A DNA stretch of 51,801 nucleotides, taken from Gemmatimonadales bacterium (lineage in GTDB: Bacteria; Gemmatimonadota; Gemmatimonadetes; Gemmatimonadales; GWC2-71-9). Under the pieces are notes generated by a model that was given only the letters and a program-made list of their open reading frames with translations, was not told the DNA's origin and searched no databases. Where the stretch lies: positions 1 to 51,801 of the forward strand of contig DASQIB010000179.1 in NCBI GenBank assembly GCA_035631795.1. The letters are read 5' to 3'. Of this stretch, positions 8,864 through 17,550 are shown one piece after another (the first letter of the stretch is position 1; each line of letters starts with the position of its first letter). The position numbers were made by a program, and so were the translations under genes.

Positions 8864-9034
8864 CGGGAGACCCTCGGTGCGAAGGTGGAGACGGTCTCAT
8901 AGGCTGACGCCGGACGCGGGCGAATGGTTGCATCCCCGCGACGGTTCACAAAAAGCTGACAAACCGGGCGTCGCCGCTCGCAACAGGGGCCTCGGGCGTC
9001 GCGTATCCAGCGAAAGACGCGGAGGGCCGCACCA

Positions 9035-9511
9035 ATGCTTCGGATCACGAGTCTCGGGCTCGTCGCCCTGGCAGCAACCTTGGTATCCTCACCCGCGGCG
9101 GCGCAGGCTGGACCTGAAGGCTGCACCTACGTACGCTGCTTCCTCAGTCTGCAACGCCACCCGCCCCGCCTCGTACAGGGCGCGGGCGCCACACCGGTGA
9201 CCGACTTTGGGTTGTTCGCCCCGCGCATCGATCTCTTGTCGAGCAGCTCGGACAGCGCGCGGTTCCACTATCAGGCGTTTCGCGGCGACTACAATCGGGC
9301 GGGTGCGTTCAAGTTGATCAGTATCTTGACCGACGCCTCCGCTCTGATCGTGCTCGCGGGCAATCCACGGTCGAATTACCCGTACTCGCTCGGCTTGTTC
9401 GCCGCAGGTTTGCCGACCGCCATCGGCGCGCTCGTCTTTAGCGCCAAGGCGCAACGGCAGATCGAGCAGTCGATCGCAGACTACAACCGCTCTCTACCTG
9501 ACGCGCGATAA
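9035..9511 (+). CDS. Hypothetical secreted or membrane protein
   Basis: Signal peptide MLRITSLGLVALAATLVSSPAAAQA, a C-terminal hydrophobic segment LGLFAAGLPTAIGALVF, and coding-like third-position bias. Confidence 0.55.
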   Translation: MLRITSLGLVALAATLVSSPAAAQAGPEGCTYVRCFLSLQRHPPRLVQGAGATPVTDFGLFAPRIDLLSSSSDSARFHYQAFRGDYNRAGAFKLISILTDASALIVLAGNPRSNYPYSLGLFAAGLPTAIGALVFSAKAQRQIEQSIADYNRSLPDAR

Positions 9512-9515
9512 GCGT

Positions 9516-10019
9516 CTAGGCCTTTGTGCACGTGTGATGCTCCGTCACCATCCGCCCGGCTTGCGGATAGCTTGGCCCATCCACGGTGTACTCGGTATCC
9601 GACTTCTTCGTCCACACCACACTGCCTGACCGCCCGGGCAGGACGTAATTCCACGACCAGATGTTGCCGAGGCGCTCGCCCACCATGCCGTAGTACTGCG
9701 CGTTGCTGTGGGCGCCGAAGCGGACCCATTGCGGTATCCGACCGTCGTAGCTGAGAAAGTACTCGGCGTGAACGAGTGGCTCCGACGTAGTAGCGGGAAA
9801 GTCGTATACCTGCTCGATCCACGCGCCTCCCATAGCGGAGGTGTAGGTCGTGGTGTAAGTGCCAGAGAAGTCTCCGACGGTGTGCGTGCAGTCCCACTTA
9901 CCCACGAAGAACTGCGCGAATTGCATCTCGTCTTTGTCGTTCGCCCGTGTCTGCGCCGACGCTGGCACGACGGCGAGCACGGTGGCGAACGTCATGAGCC
10001 CGAAACATGTACGGTTCAT
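9516..10019 (-). CDS. Secreted hypothetical protein (167 aa)
   Basis: MNRTCFGLMTFATVLAVVPASAQ signal peptide from ATG 10019. Last gene of the ECF sigma operon, 10 nt after the upstream gene. Confidence 0.65.
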   Translation of the reverse strand: MNRTCFGLMTFATVLAVVPASAQTRANDKDEMQFAQFFVGKWDCTHTVGDFSGTYTTTYTSAMGGAWIEQVYDFPATTSEPLVHAEYFLSYDGRIPQWVRFGAHSNAQYYGMVGERLGNIWSWNYVLPGRSGSVVWTKKSDTEYTVDGPSYPQAGRMVTEHHTCTKA

Positions 10020-10029
10020 GCTACTCTCC

Positions 10030-10629
10030 TTACTCAGGTGCACTGTATTCCTCCCGCAATCGCTCGATGCTCTTGAGGTCCGCCCGCGCGCGTCCGCGTA
10101 GGCGCACGGACCATGCGAGCAGAACGAGCATCCCCACAATCGGCAGCCACACCGTGAGCCATGAGCTAGGGTCTGCGAACGTGCGATGGTGCACGCGGCT
10201 CCCGATCACCCACCACGGCGTGAGGAACGCGAGCTCGAGCGGGAGCACGATCCAGATGAAGTGCGCCAGGCGGATCTCCTGGCGCTTCACGCTCTCGAGG
10301 ACCGCGAGGTGCTGCGGGCTGCTCGTTCCCACGCCGGCGTCTTCCCGGTCACGAATCCGAGCCCGCTGGATCCAGAGCGCGCCGATGGCGATCCCGATGA
10401 CGAGTCCCAGGCCGGCTTCGAACGCGTTCCCCGCGTGCCTGAGCGCCGCGGCGGTGATGAGGATCGCGGCCGCGGCGACGATATTCTCGATAATCCGCGC
10501 AACGACCAGCCGCAGGCGAGCACGCACCAGGTAACGCGGGGCGCTGTGGGCCACCGCGTCGGCGCTTCCGGCACGGCGCCAGTCGGCCTGCCAGGATTCC
10601 CAACCGTTCGGCGGCGAATGCTCGCTCAT
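10030..10629 (-). CDS. Multi-pass membrane protein, putative anti-sigma factor partner of the upstream ECF sigma
   Basis: ATGA start/stop overlap with the sigma gene (10626..10629). Several hydrophobic helices (IVAAAAILITAAAL, LGLVIGIAIGALWI, FIWIVLPLELAFL, VWLPIVGMLVLLAW). The function is inferred from position only. Confidence 0.55.
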   Translation of the reverse strand: MSEHSPPNGWESWQADWRRAGSADAVAHSAPRYLVRARLRLVVARIIENIVAAAAILITAAALRHAGNAFEAGLGLVIGIAIGALWIQRARIRDREDAGVGTSSPQHLAVLESVKRQEIRLAHFIWIVLPLELAFLTPWWVIGSRVHHRTFADPSSWLTVWLPIVGMLVLLAWSVRLRGRARADLKSIERLREEYSAPE

Positions 10630-11153
10630 CGTTCCTCCCCCGCGAGGAGGGCGCGGAGCGCCTTGCGCGCACGAGTGAGCCGCACGCCTACGTTGGTCTC
10701 GCTCGTTTCCTGGAGCTCGGCGATCTCTCGCTGCGAAAGCCCTTCGAGCTGCAGCATGACCGCTTGGCGCTGCGCCTCCGGAAGCCGGCGGATGGCGCGG
10801 AACAGGCGGTCACTGTTCTGCCGCTCGATCAATCGCTCCTCGGCGAGGGGGGTGGGGTCGGGGAGCAGGCCCTCCTCGGGCAGGTTGTCGAAGCGGCGTC
10901 GCCGGGTGGCGAAGGTGATCGCGCGGTTGTGCGCTACCTGGAGCACGAAGGTGCGGAGCGACGCTTCGCCGCGGAACCGTGGCAGGGCGCGCCACAGCGC
11001 CATCAGAATCTCCTGCATGAGATCATCGCGGTCGGAGGCGTTGTCGACGTAGCCCCAGGCCACGCGCTCGAGTGCGTCCCCGTGCGCGCGAATCACCTGG
11101 TCGATAGCGTGGTCGGTGGCTCGGTTGATCGACTCGGGCATCGCCCTCCGCAT
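10626..11153 (-). CDS. ECF-type RNA polymerase sigma-70 factor
   Basis: Region 2 DLMQEILMALWRALPRFRGEASLRTFVLQVAHNRAI and region 4 QRQAVMLQLEGLSQREIAELQETSETNVGVRLTRARKALR. An alternative start is ATG 11141. Confidence 0.9.
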   Translation of the reverse strand: MRRAMPESINRATDHAIDQVIRAHGDALERVAWGYVDNASDRDDLMQEILMALWRALPRFRGEASLRTFVLQVAHNRAITFATRRRRFDNLPEEGLLPDPTPLAEERLIERQNSDRLFRAIRRLPEAQRQAVMLQLEGLSQREIAELQETSETNVGVRLTRARKALRALLAGEER

Positions 11154-11156
11154 CTC

Positions 11157-11229
11157 ATTAGTCCCTGCGATGCGGCGGTTTCTTACACCGGGTGTGCCGT
11201 GTAAGAAACGCCGCGCGGCGGGGACTAAT
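11157..11229. promoter_or_regulatory. Nested palindrome filling the divergent intergenic region
   Basis: Outer arms ATTAGTCCC (11157..11165) / GGGACTAAT (11221..11229). Inner arms GTTTCTTACAC (11178..11188) / GTGTAAGAAAC (11199..11209) around a 10-nt loop. Partially complementary GC-rich segments lie between them. Confidence 0.5.
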
Positions 11230-11234
11230 CCCGC

Positions 11235-13427
11235 GTGAAGCTACTGCTCCTGGCGCTCGCCGTGCTTGCCGGTGCGAGCGTGCGCACCGTTGCGGCACAG
11301 AACGTCGACCGACCACGGCTCCGCGTGGCCCCGCTCTCGGAGGCGATCGCGCTCGATGGACGGATGCGCGAACCGATCTGGAACACCGCCGACTCGGGCG
11401 TCTTGACGGAATACGAGCCCGAGCTCGGCATCATTCCGGCCGAGCGCACCGTGGTGAAGGTACTGGCGAATGCCGACGTGCTCGTATTCGGGATTCGCTG
11501 CGACGATCCCGCGCCGGATCAGATCACGAGCTTCTCGCGCGCGCGCGATGCCGATCTCTCGACGGAAGACCATGTGCGCATCGTCCTCGATCCGTTTCTC
11601 AATGAGCAGTCGGGCTACGTGTTCGCCGTGAACCCGAGCGGTGCGCGCTACGACGCCCTGATCAGCGAGCAGGCGCAGCGGCTGGGCGGACGCGAGAACC
11701 CCGACTGGGATACGATCTGGGAGGCGGCCACCGCCCGGTCGCCGCAAGGGTGGTCGGTCGAGATTCGCATTCCCATAAAGAGCCTGCTCTACAGGCCTGG
11801 CCGCGCGGAGTGGGGCTTCAACGTGCAGCGCCGGGTGCAGCGGAAGCTCGAGACGGAGCGGTGGGCGTTTCCTGGTCGAAACTTCCGCATCACCCAGATG
11901 AGCCGCGCCGGGCTGCTCGTCGACCTGCCGGACTTCAGCCTCGATCGCGGGCTCAGCGTGCGCCCCGCGCTGGTCATGGCGAGCGGGATCCTCGCCGCGG
12001 GGGCATCGCTGACCAGCAACGTAGCGGGAAGTCTCGATGCCACCCAGCGGATCGGCGCGAATACGCTCGCGTTCCTCACGGTGCACACCGATTTCGCGGA
12101 AACCGAAGTCGATCAGCGGCGCAACAACCCGAGCCGCTTCCCCCTGTTCTTTCCCGAAAAGCGCTGGTTCTTCCTCGAGGGCACCGACATCTTCGACTTC
12201 GGACCCGGCATTGCGCCCGACGTGATGCCGTTCTGGAGCCGCCGCATCGGCTTGTTCAACGGTCAGACGGTGCCGATCGACGTGGGCACGAAGGAGAGCG
12301 GCCGAGTGGGCCAGACGAGCTTCGGCTTGCTCGCGGTGCGCACCGAGGCGGTGCCCGGTCTCGTGCCCGCGACGGACATGGCGGTAGCGCGGGTGAAGCA
12401 GAACGTGCTCGGTGAATCGTGGGTCGGTCTCATCGGCACCGCCGGCGACCCGACGGGTGCGACGGGGAGCTCGCTCGGCGGCGCAGACGTCTTTCTGCAG
12501 AGCTCGCATGTGCTGGGGGACAAGAATGCGGCGCTCGGGCTCTGGGGTCTGACGACGGACGGTCGTGAACTCACTGGATCGAAGACCGCCGCGGGCGTGA
12601 GCCTGTTCTACCCGAATGACACGTGGAACAACTTTCTCGGCTATCGCCGCGTGGGCGACGGGTTTCAGCCGGCCTTGGGCTTCGTACCGCGCCCGGGCGT
12701 GCAGCAGTGGAACCTGGCGCTCAACTACCTGCCGCGCGCCACCGCCCCGTGGCTCGCCCGTTGGCTCTCCCGGGCGGCGTTCGAAGTCATCGGAGTGCTC
12801 GTCACCGATTTGAGCGGCCGATGGGAAACCGTGTGGGGGCGACTGTCGGCGTTCAATCTGGCCTTCCAGAATGGCGACCAGTTCGCGATCGCGGCCCATC
12901 CGGAGGCCGAGCGGCTGGACGTGCCGTTCGGGGTCGCGCCGGGCGATACGATTCCGATCGGCAGGTACACCTTTCTCCGATGGCGCGTCGACTACGCGCG
13001 CGCATCCAAGCGGCGCGTGAGCTGGGACTTCACGTACCTGGGAGGTGGGTACTATAACGGACGGATCGGGCAATACATCGGGACCATGGTGCTCAAGCCG
13101 TCGTCCTTGTTCATCGTGGAGCTGTCGGGCGAGCGCGACCAGGGAAGAGTGGCGCCGAGCACGGTGCAGGTCCCGTTCGTGCTGGAGCGCTACGGCGTGC
13201 GGCTGCGGGTGGACCCGTCTCCCGATCTCGAGTTCAACTCGTTCACGCAATACGACAACAGCACACGGCAGCTCGGGACGGACATCCGGATCCGATGGAG
13301 TTTCCGGCCGGGCGGAGACTTCTTCCTCACGTACACACACAATATCGATGTGCCGATCGGCGCCCAGCCATGGCTGTTCGACTCCAACAAGCTGTCCACG
13401 AAGGTCCAGTACGCGTTCCGGTATTGA
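11235..13427 (+). CDS. DUF5916 / CBM9-like domain protein (paralog of 6212..8863)
   Basis: GTG start and signal peptide MKLLLLALAVLAGASVRTVAAQ. LDGRMREPIWNTADSGVLTEYEPELG...VKVLANADVLVFGIRCDD mirrors the N-terminal module of the other paralog. Ends ...KVQYAFRY. Confidence 0.8.
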   Translation: MKLLLLALAVLAGASVRTVAAQNVDRPRLRVAPLSEAIALDGRMREPIWNTADSGVLTEYEPELGIIPAERTVVKVLANADVLVFGIRCDDPAPDQITSFSRARDADLSTEDHVRIVLDPFLNEQSGYVFAVNPSGARYDALISEQAQRLGGRENPDWDTIWEAATARSPQGWSVEIRIPIKSLLYRPGRAEWGFNVQRRVQRKLETERWAFPGRNFRITQMSRAGLLVDLPDFSLDRGLSVRPALVMASGILAAGASLTSNVAGSLDATQRIGANTLAFLTVHTDFAETEVDQRRNNPSRFPLFFPEKRWFFLEGTDIFDFGPGIAPDVMPFWSRRIGLFNGQTVPIDVGTKESGRVGQTSFGLLAVRTEAVPGLVPATDMAVARVKQNVLGESWVGLIGTAGDPTGATGSSLGGADVFLQSSHVLGDKNAALGLWGLTTDGRELTGSKTAAGVSLFYPNDTWNNFLGYRRVGDGFQPALGFVPRPGVQQWNLALNYLPRATAPWLARWLSRAAFEVIGVLVTDLSGRWETVWGRLSAFNLAFQNGDQFAIAAHPEAERLDVPFGVAPGDTIPIGRYTFLRWRVDYARASKRRVSWDFTYLGGGYYNGRIGQYIGTMVLKPSSLFIVELSGERDQGRVAPSTVQVPFVLERYGVRLRVDPSPDLEFNSFTQYDNSTRQLGTDIRIRWSFRPGGDFFLTYTHNIDVPIGAQPWLFDSNKLSTKVQYAFRY

Positions 13428-13470
13428 TGGTCCGTTGACGTGCCCCGCCGAGCCAGCCTACGTTCCGCCT

Positions 13471-13974
13471 ATGCCCACCAAGTCCAAGCCATCCGATCCG
13501 AACCGAGCTCTCCGCGACCACGTCGTCGCGTTGCTGGGCGAGAGCCACGCCCACGTGGGATTCAAGGACGCGATCGCCGACTGGCCGGTGGCGCTGCGCG
13601 GCGTGAAGCCTCAGGGCCAGCCGTTCACCGCTTGGCGCCTGCTCGAGCACATCCGGATCTCACAGTGGGACATTTTGGAGTTCACCAGGAGCGCGAAGCA
13701 CGTCTCACCGAAGTGGCCCGCGGGCTACTGGCCTGCCGGCGACGCGCCGCCCGATGGGGCGGCCTGGGACAAGAGCGTCGCCCAGGTAGAGCGCGACTTG
13801 AAGGAGATGGAGCGACTGGTGCGCAACGCGGAGGTCGATCTCTTCGCCCGCATTCCGCACGGCACCGGCCAGACGCCGCTGCGCGAAGCGCTCGTCCTCG
13901 CCGACCACAACGCTTATCACATCGGGCAGCTCGTGCTGCTCCGACGTCTGCTCGGCGCCTGGAAAGGAGACTGA
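13471..13974 (+). CDS. DinB-family (four-helix bundle, metal-dependent) protein
   Basis: ATG at 13471. WRLLEHIRISQWDILEF and LADHNAYHIGQLVLLRRLLG carry the His-containing helices typical of the DinB/YfiT fold. Confidence 0.8.
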   Translation: MPTKSKPSDPNRALRDHVVALLGESHAHVGFKDAIADWPVALRGVKPQGQPFTAWRLLEHIRISQWDILEFTRSAKHVSPKWPAGYWPAGDAPPDGAAWDKSVAQVERDLKEMERLVRNAEVDLFARIPHGTGQTPLREALVLADHNAYHIGQLVLLRRLLGAWKGD

Positions 13975-13977
13975 CGT

Positions 13978-15336
13978 CTAGCCCACCGACCGCGCGACGT
14001 CGATCATCGCCGCGAGGCTCCGCTCCACGTCGTCACCTGTGGTCGCCCACGACGACACGCTGATCCGCATCGCGGCCCGGCCCTGCCACATGGTCCCGCC
14101 GCACCAGCATGTCCGGTCAGCTTGAATGCCTTCGATCACCTTGCGGGTCCTCGCGTCGTCCCCAAAGCGAACAAGCACCTGATTGAGGGTGACGTCGTTC
14201 AATACTTCGTAGCCGGCTTCCCTGAGCCCTGTGGCGAATCGCGTCGCGTGGCGGCAGCAGCGCTCCACCAGCTCGGCGAGCCCCGAGCGACCGAGCGACG
14301 CGAGCGCCGCCCAGATCTCGAGGCCGCGCGCCCGGCGCGACAGCTCCGGTGTGTAATCGTCCGGCTCGCGCGCCGTGCCGCGCACGAGGTACGCGGCCGG
14401 CCCGGTGACCATGGCGCTCCGTAGTGCGGCGGCGTCGCGGCAGAGCGCCACTCCCGAGTCATACGGGACGTTCAGCCACTTGTGGGCGTCGAGCGCCCAC
14501 GAGTCCGCCTCCTCGACGCCGGCGGCCTGCGGCGCGCGGGCCGGCGCGGACCGAGCCCAGAGGCCGAACGCGCCGTCCACGTGCACCCACGCACCCACCT
14601 TGTGCGCCGCGCGGGACACTTCATCCACGGGATCGCATGCGCCGGTGTTCACATTGCCCGCCTGCGTGCACGCGATGGTGCGGGCGTCGAGCGCCGGGAG
14701 CTTATCGGCGCGCATTCGGCCCTGCGCGTCCGTCGGCACCCGCACTACCCGGCTCTGGCCCAGACCGAGCAGGCCGAGCGCCTTGATGACGCTGACGTGC
14801 ACCTCGTCGCCCACGACGACGGTGAGCGATGGGGCGCCGAACAGGCCGTTCGCCTGCACGTCCCAACCCGCGCGGGCGAGTAACGCGTACCGCGCGGCCG
14901 CGAGGCCGGTGAAGTTCGCCATCGTCGCCCCGGTGACGAACCCGCCGCCCGTTTCGGGCGGGAGGTGCAGCGCGTCGAGCACCCAGCGGAGCGCCACGGC
15001 CTCGATCGCGGCGGCGCCGGGCGCGAGCACCGTCATCCCCGCGTCCTGATCCCACGCCGCCGCGAGCACGTTCGCGGCGAGCGCGGCGGGCAGCGATCCC
15101 CCGACCACGAACCCGAAGAACCGGCCGCCGGCGCTCGCGATCGTGGCCGGAGATCCGCGCGCGTCAAGCTCGCGGAGCACCATCTCCGGATCGGACGGCT
15201 GCTCGGGGAAGGGGCGGTCGAGCGCGCGGAGCCCGTCGAGCGCCGCGGCAGTGGGCGCCACGCCGCGCGTGGGGAGCGAGTCGAGATAATCGGCGGCGAG
15301 CGTGGCCGCGGTCTGAAGCAGGTGACGGTGGGTCAT
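13978..15336 (-). CDS. PLP-dependent group II amino-acid decarboxylase family protein
   Basis: VTGATMANFTGLAAAR, WVHVDGAFG and the PLP-lysine motif SWALDAHKWLNVPYDSG. Confidence 0.88.
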   Translation of the reverse strand: MTHRHLLQTAATLAADYLDSLPTRGVAPTAAALDGLRALDRPFPEQPSDPEMVLRELDARGSPATIASAGGRFFGFVVGGSLPAALAANVLAAAWDQDAGMTVLAPGAAAIEAVALRWVLDALHLPPETGGGFVTGATMANFTGLAAARYALLARAGWDVQANGLFGAPSLTVVVGDEVHVSVIKALGLLGLGQSRVVRVPTDAQGRMRADKLPALDARTIACTQAGNVNTGACDPVDEVSRAAHKVGAWVHVDGAFGLWARSAPARAPQAAGVEEADSWALDAHKWLNVPYDSGVALCRDAAALRSAMVTGPAAYLVRGTAREPDDYTPELSRRARGLEIWAALASLGRSGLAELVERCCRHATRFATGLREAGYEVLNDVTLNQVLVRFGDDARTRKVIEGIQADRTCWCGGTMWQGRAAMRISVSSWATTGDDVERSLAAMIDVARSVG

Positions 15337-15372
15337 GTGGGGACGCTAACCCCGGGGGCAAGCCGGGAGGTG

Positions 15373-15930
15373 TCAGGATTTGGGAAGCTGCTGCACCCAG
15401 CTCTCGACGCTGAGCACGTCCGCCTGGCGGGGGAACACTTTCTCGGTCAGGACACGGTGCACCTCGGCGTCGCCGTCGAGACACGCGTCCGCCAGGACGA
15501 TGAGCTTGTAGTCCAGATCGGCGGCCTGCCGGAGCGTGGAGAGCACAACGCCGCTCGTGGCGATCCCGGTGAGAACGAGCGTGTCCACGTCCCCCGCGCG
15601 CAGCACCACGTCGAGATCGCTGCCTGCAAAGGCGCTGACCCGTCGCTTGGTGACGACGACGTCTCCGGGAGCGGGTGCGATGGCTGCGGGAATGGCCGTG
15701 GCGTCGCCCGCGACAAATCCGCCTGCTTGCCGGATCGCGGAGAAGCTCTTGTTGCGGGCGCTGACTTCGGGAAAACCCTGGCGGAACGAGACGGTCACGT
15801 AGATGACGCGGATGCCGGACCGGCGGGCGGCATCAATGGCGCGACGCACCCGTGGCAGATACTCGGGGTCGCTCGCGTAGCGACTGACGATGTTCTGCTG
15901 GACATCCATCACCAGGAGGGCGCTACTCAC
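15373..15930 (-). CDS. Isochorismatase-family hydrolase (Cys-less variant)
   Basis: ALLVMDVQQN (Asp) and VVTKRRVSAFAGSDLD (Lys) are present. The GxxTxxCV nucleophile motif reads GIATSGVV, so Val replaces Cys. GTG 15930 overlaps the upstream stop (GTGA). The 377-aa track ORF is an Arg-rich artefactual extension. Confidence 0.8.
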   Translation of the reverse strand: MSSALLVMDVQQNIVSRYASDPEYLPRVRRAIDAARRSGIRVIYVTVSFRQGFPEVSARNKSFSAIRQAGGFVAGDATAIPAAIAPAPGDVVVTKRRVSAFAGSDLDVVLRAGDVDTLVLTGIATSGVVLSTLRQAADLDYKLIVLADACLDGDAEVHRVLTEKVFPRQADVLSVESWVQQLPKS

Positions 15931-16334
15931 GGACGAGTCGACTTCTCGCGTTCCCCTCTGACCTTGCCGCTCACCTTGCCGGTCGCCGAGTATGTCGCCT
16001 CGAAGCTGCCCCACATCTCGGCGCGCTTGTAATGGCCGACGCTGCGGAGCAGAACGGTCTGACCGACCCTGCGCGTGCTCGGATACGGTCCTGCCTCCCA
16101 GACGACGCTGTCGCCGCCGACGGTCAGGACGCGCACGGGGACCCGCGGGTGATCGGCCAGGACCATCGACCATCCCTTCACGTTTGCCGTCTCGGTCAGC
16201 TCGAGTGTGGCGACCACGCTGTCGGAGGGGCCGATCGTGGTCTTGACGTGCCAGACGCCAGCGATGTCGGACAGCTTGACGCCGGGCTGCTGCGCGGCCA
16301 AGGCGAAGGCGATCAGGGCGAAAGGAGGATACAT
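15927..16334 (-). CDS. Small secreted hypothetical protein (135 aa)
   Basis: Hydrophobic N-terminus MYPPFALIAFALAAQQ and a beta-rich body. Stop overlaps the isochorismatase-like gene start. Confidence 0.55.
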   Translation of the reverse strand: MYPPFALIAFALAAQQPGVKLSDIAGVWHVKTTIGPSDSVVATLELTETANVKGWSMVLADHPRVPVRVLTVGGDSVVWEAGPYPSTRRVGQTVLLRSVGHYKRAEMWGSFEATYSATGKVSGKVRGEREKSTRP

Positions 16335-16495
16335 CGATGAGGAAGATAACAGGCCGTCTGTAAGTCACTGAGCTGCATGTGACTGCGCGCGCCACGTGAC
16401 CCAGCGCACAGAAGGCGCGTGTCGCCTCTCGTAAGCTGTCCGCCCCGCTTCCGGTGCGCCCCTGGGAGCCGCGGACAACCTCCCGGAGGTCACAT

Positions 16496-17053
16496 ATGAA
16501 CGCCAAGCTGTTCCGTGCGGTGCTGGCGCTCGCCTCGATTTCGGTCGGTTTTGCGGGGAACGCGCTGGCTCAGTATCAGCAGAATCGTCCCGATCAGTCA
16601 CGTCACGGCTTCTGGTTCAGCGCCGGCTTGGGCTATGGCTCACTCGGTTGCCAGGATTGCAGCGGTCGTACCGGCGGCCTGAGCGGCAACATCGCCTTCG
16701 GCGGCACGCTGAGCCCGAAGCTCCTGCTCGGCGTCTCGAGCAACGGATGGGTGAAGTCCGAGAACGGGACGACCCTTACCGTCAACGCGATCACCGCTGC
16801 GGCGCGTTTCTATCCGTCCGCGCGGGGCGGTTTCTTCCTGCTCGGCGGCCTGGGTCTCGGCACTGTGAGTGCCAGCATCACGGGCGCCGGCAGCGGCAGC
16901 GAGACGGGTTGGGGGGCGCTGCTCGGGCTGGGATACGACATCCCGCTGAGCCATTCGTTCCGTCTCACCCCGTACTGGAACGGCTTTGCGATGAACTCTT
17001 CGAACGTTGACGCGAACGTCGGCCAGATCGGACTGGGCATTACGGTGCAGTAA
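16496..17053 (+). CDS. Small outer-membrane beta-barrel protein (OmpW/OprF-N-like porin family)
   Basis: GGAGG at 16485..16489 lies 6 nt before ATG 16496. Signal peptide MNAKLFRAVLALASISVGFAGNALA. Gly/aromatic-rich alternating strands (GFWFSAGLGYGS, GALLGLGYDI). Confidence 0.75.
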   Translation: MNAKLFRAVLALASISVGFAGNALAQYQQNRPDQSRHGFWFSAGLGYGSLGCQDCSGRTGGLSGNIAFGGTLSPKLLLGVSSNGWVKSENGTTLTVNAITAAARFYPSARGGFFLLGGLGLGTVSASITGAGSGSETGWGALLGLGYDIPLSHSFRLTPYWNGFAMNSSNVDANVGQIGLGITVQ

Positions 17054-17072
17054 GGTGCTTCCGGCAAGAGCG

Positions 17073-17113
17073 AGAGGCCGCCGCGGACATCGTGACGGCC
17101 TCTTGTGTTTCTG
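17073..17113 (+). terminator. Rho-independent terminator after the porin-like gene
   Basis: AGAGGCCG (17073..17080) pairs with CGGCCTCT (17096..17103), followed by TGTGTTTCTGTG. Confidence 0.5.
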
Positions 17114-17550
17114 TGGATCAGCCTTGATTGAGCTGGACGCACCTACCCAGAGGCTGCTGGGCGGTGAGATCCGATCCATCCGCGCTCAGGAACTGGAACC
17201 AGATCCACGGATTGCCCCCGACGCCCCCCAACACCGGTTGCTTGGGGAATTGGTTGCGCGGCATCGACCACACGGTTGCTGGGCAGCGGATTGGTATGTG
17301 ACGCCCGCGACCGATCGAGCATCCTACGGGGTTGCGGCGACGAGGCGGACGGCTAAGACCGATTGAGTGCCGATTGATCCACGGCTCAGGAGCTGCGCTT
17401 CGAGGATGGCGCGCGCACGTACCGACAGACCCGGCAGGGACGACTGCAGGAGGGCGCCAACTGCGGAATTCACCACCTGAACGACACCGCACGAATGTCG
17501 CGCTCACGTTGCATAGTCCAACGTCAGGCCGCAAGGCCGCGCTCAAACCG

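Noticed and set aside
11241-13340. 699-aa ORF antisense to the second DUF5916 gene
   Set aside because: It is a shadow ORF. The plus-strand product has a signal peptide and is paralogous to 6212..8863.
15373-16506. 377-aa ORF as one gene
   Set aside because: Only the last 185 codons are isochorismatase-like. The upstream part is Arg-rich and overlaps a better secreted-protein gene in another frame (15927..16334).
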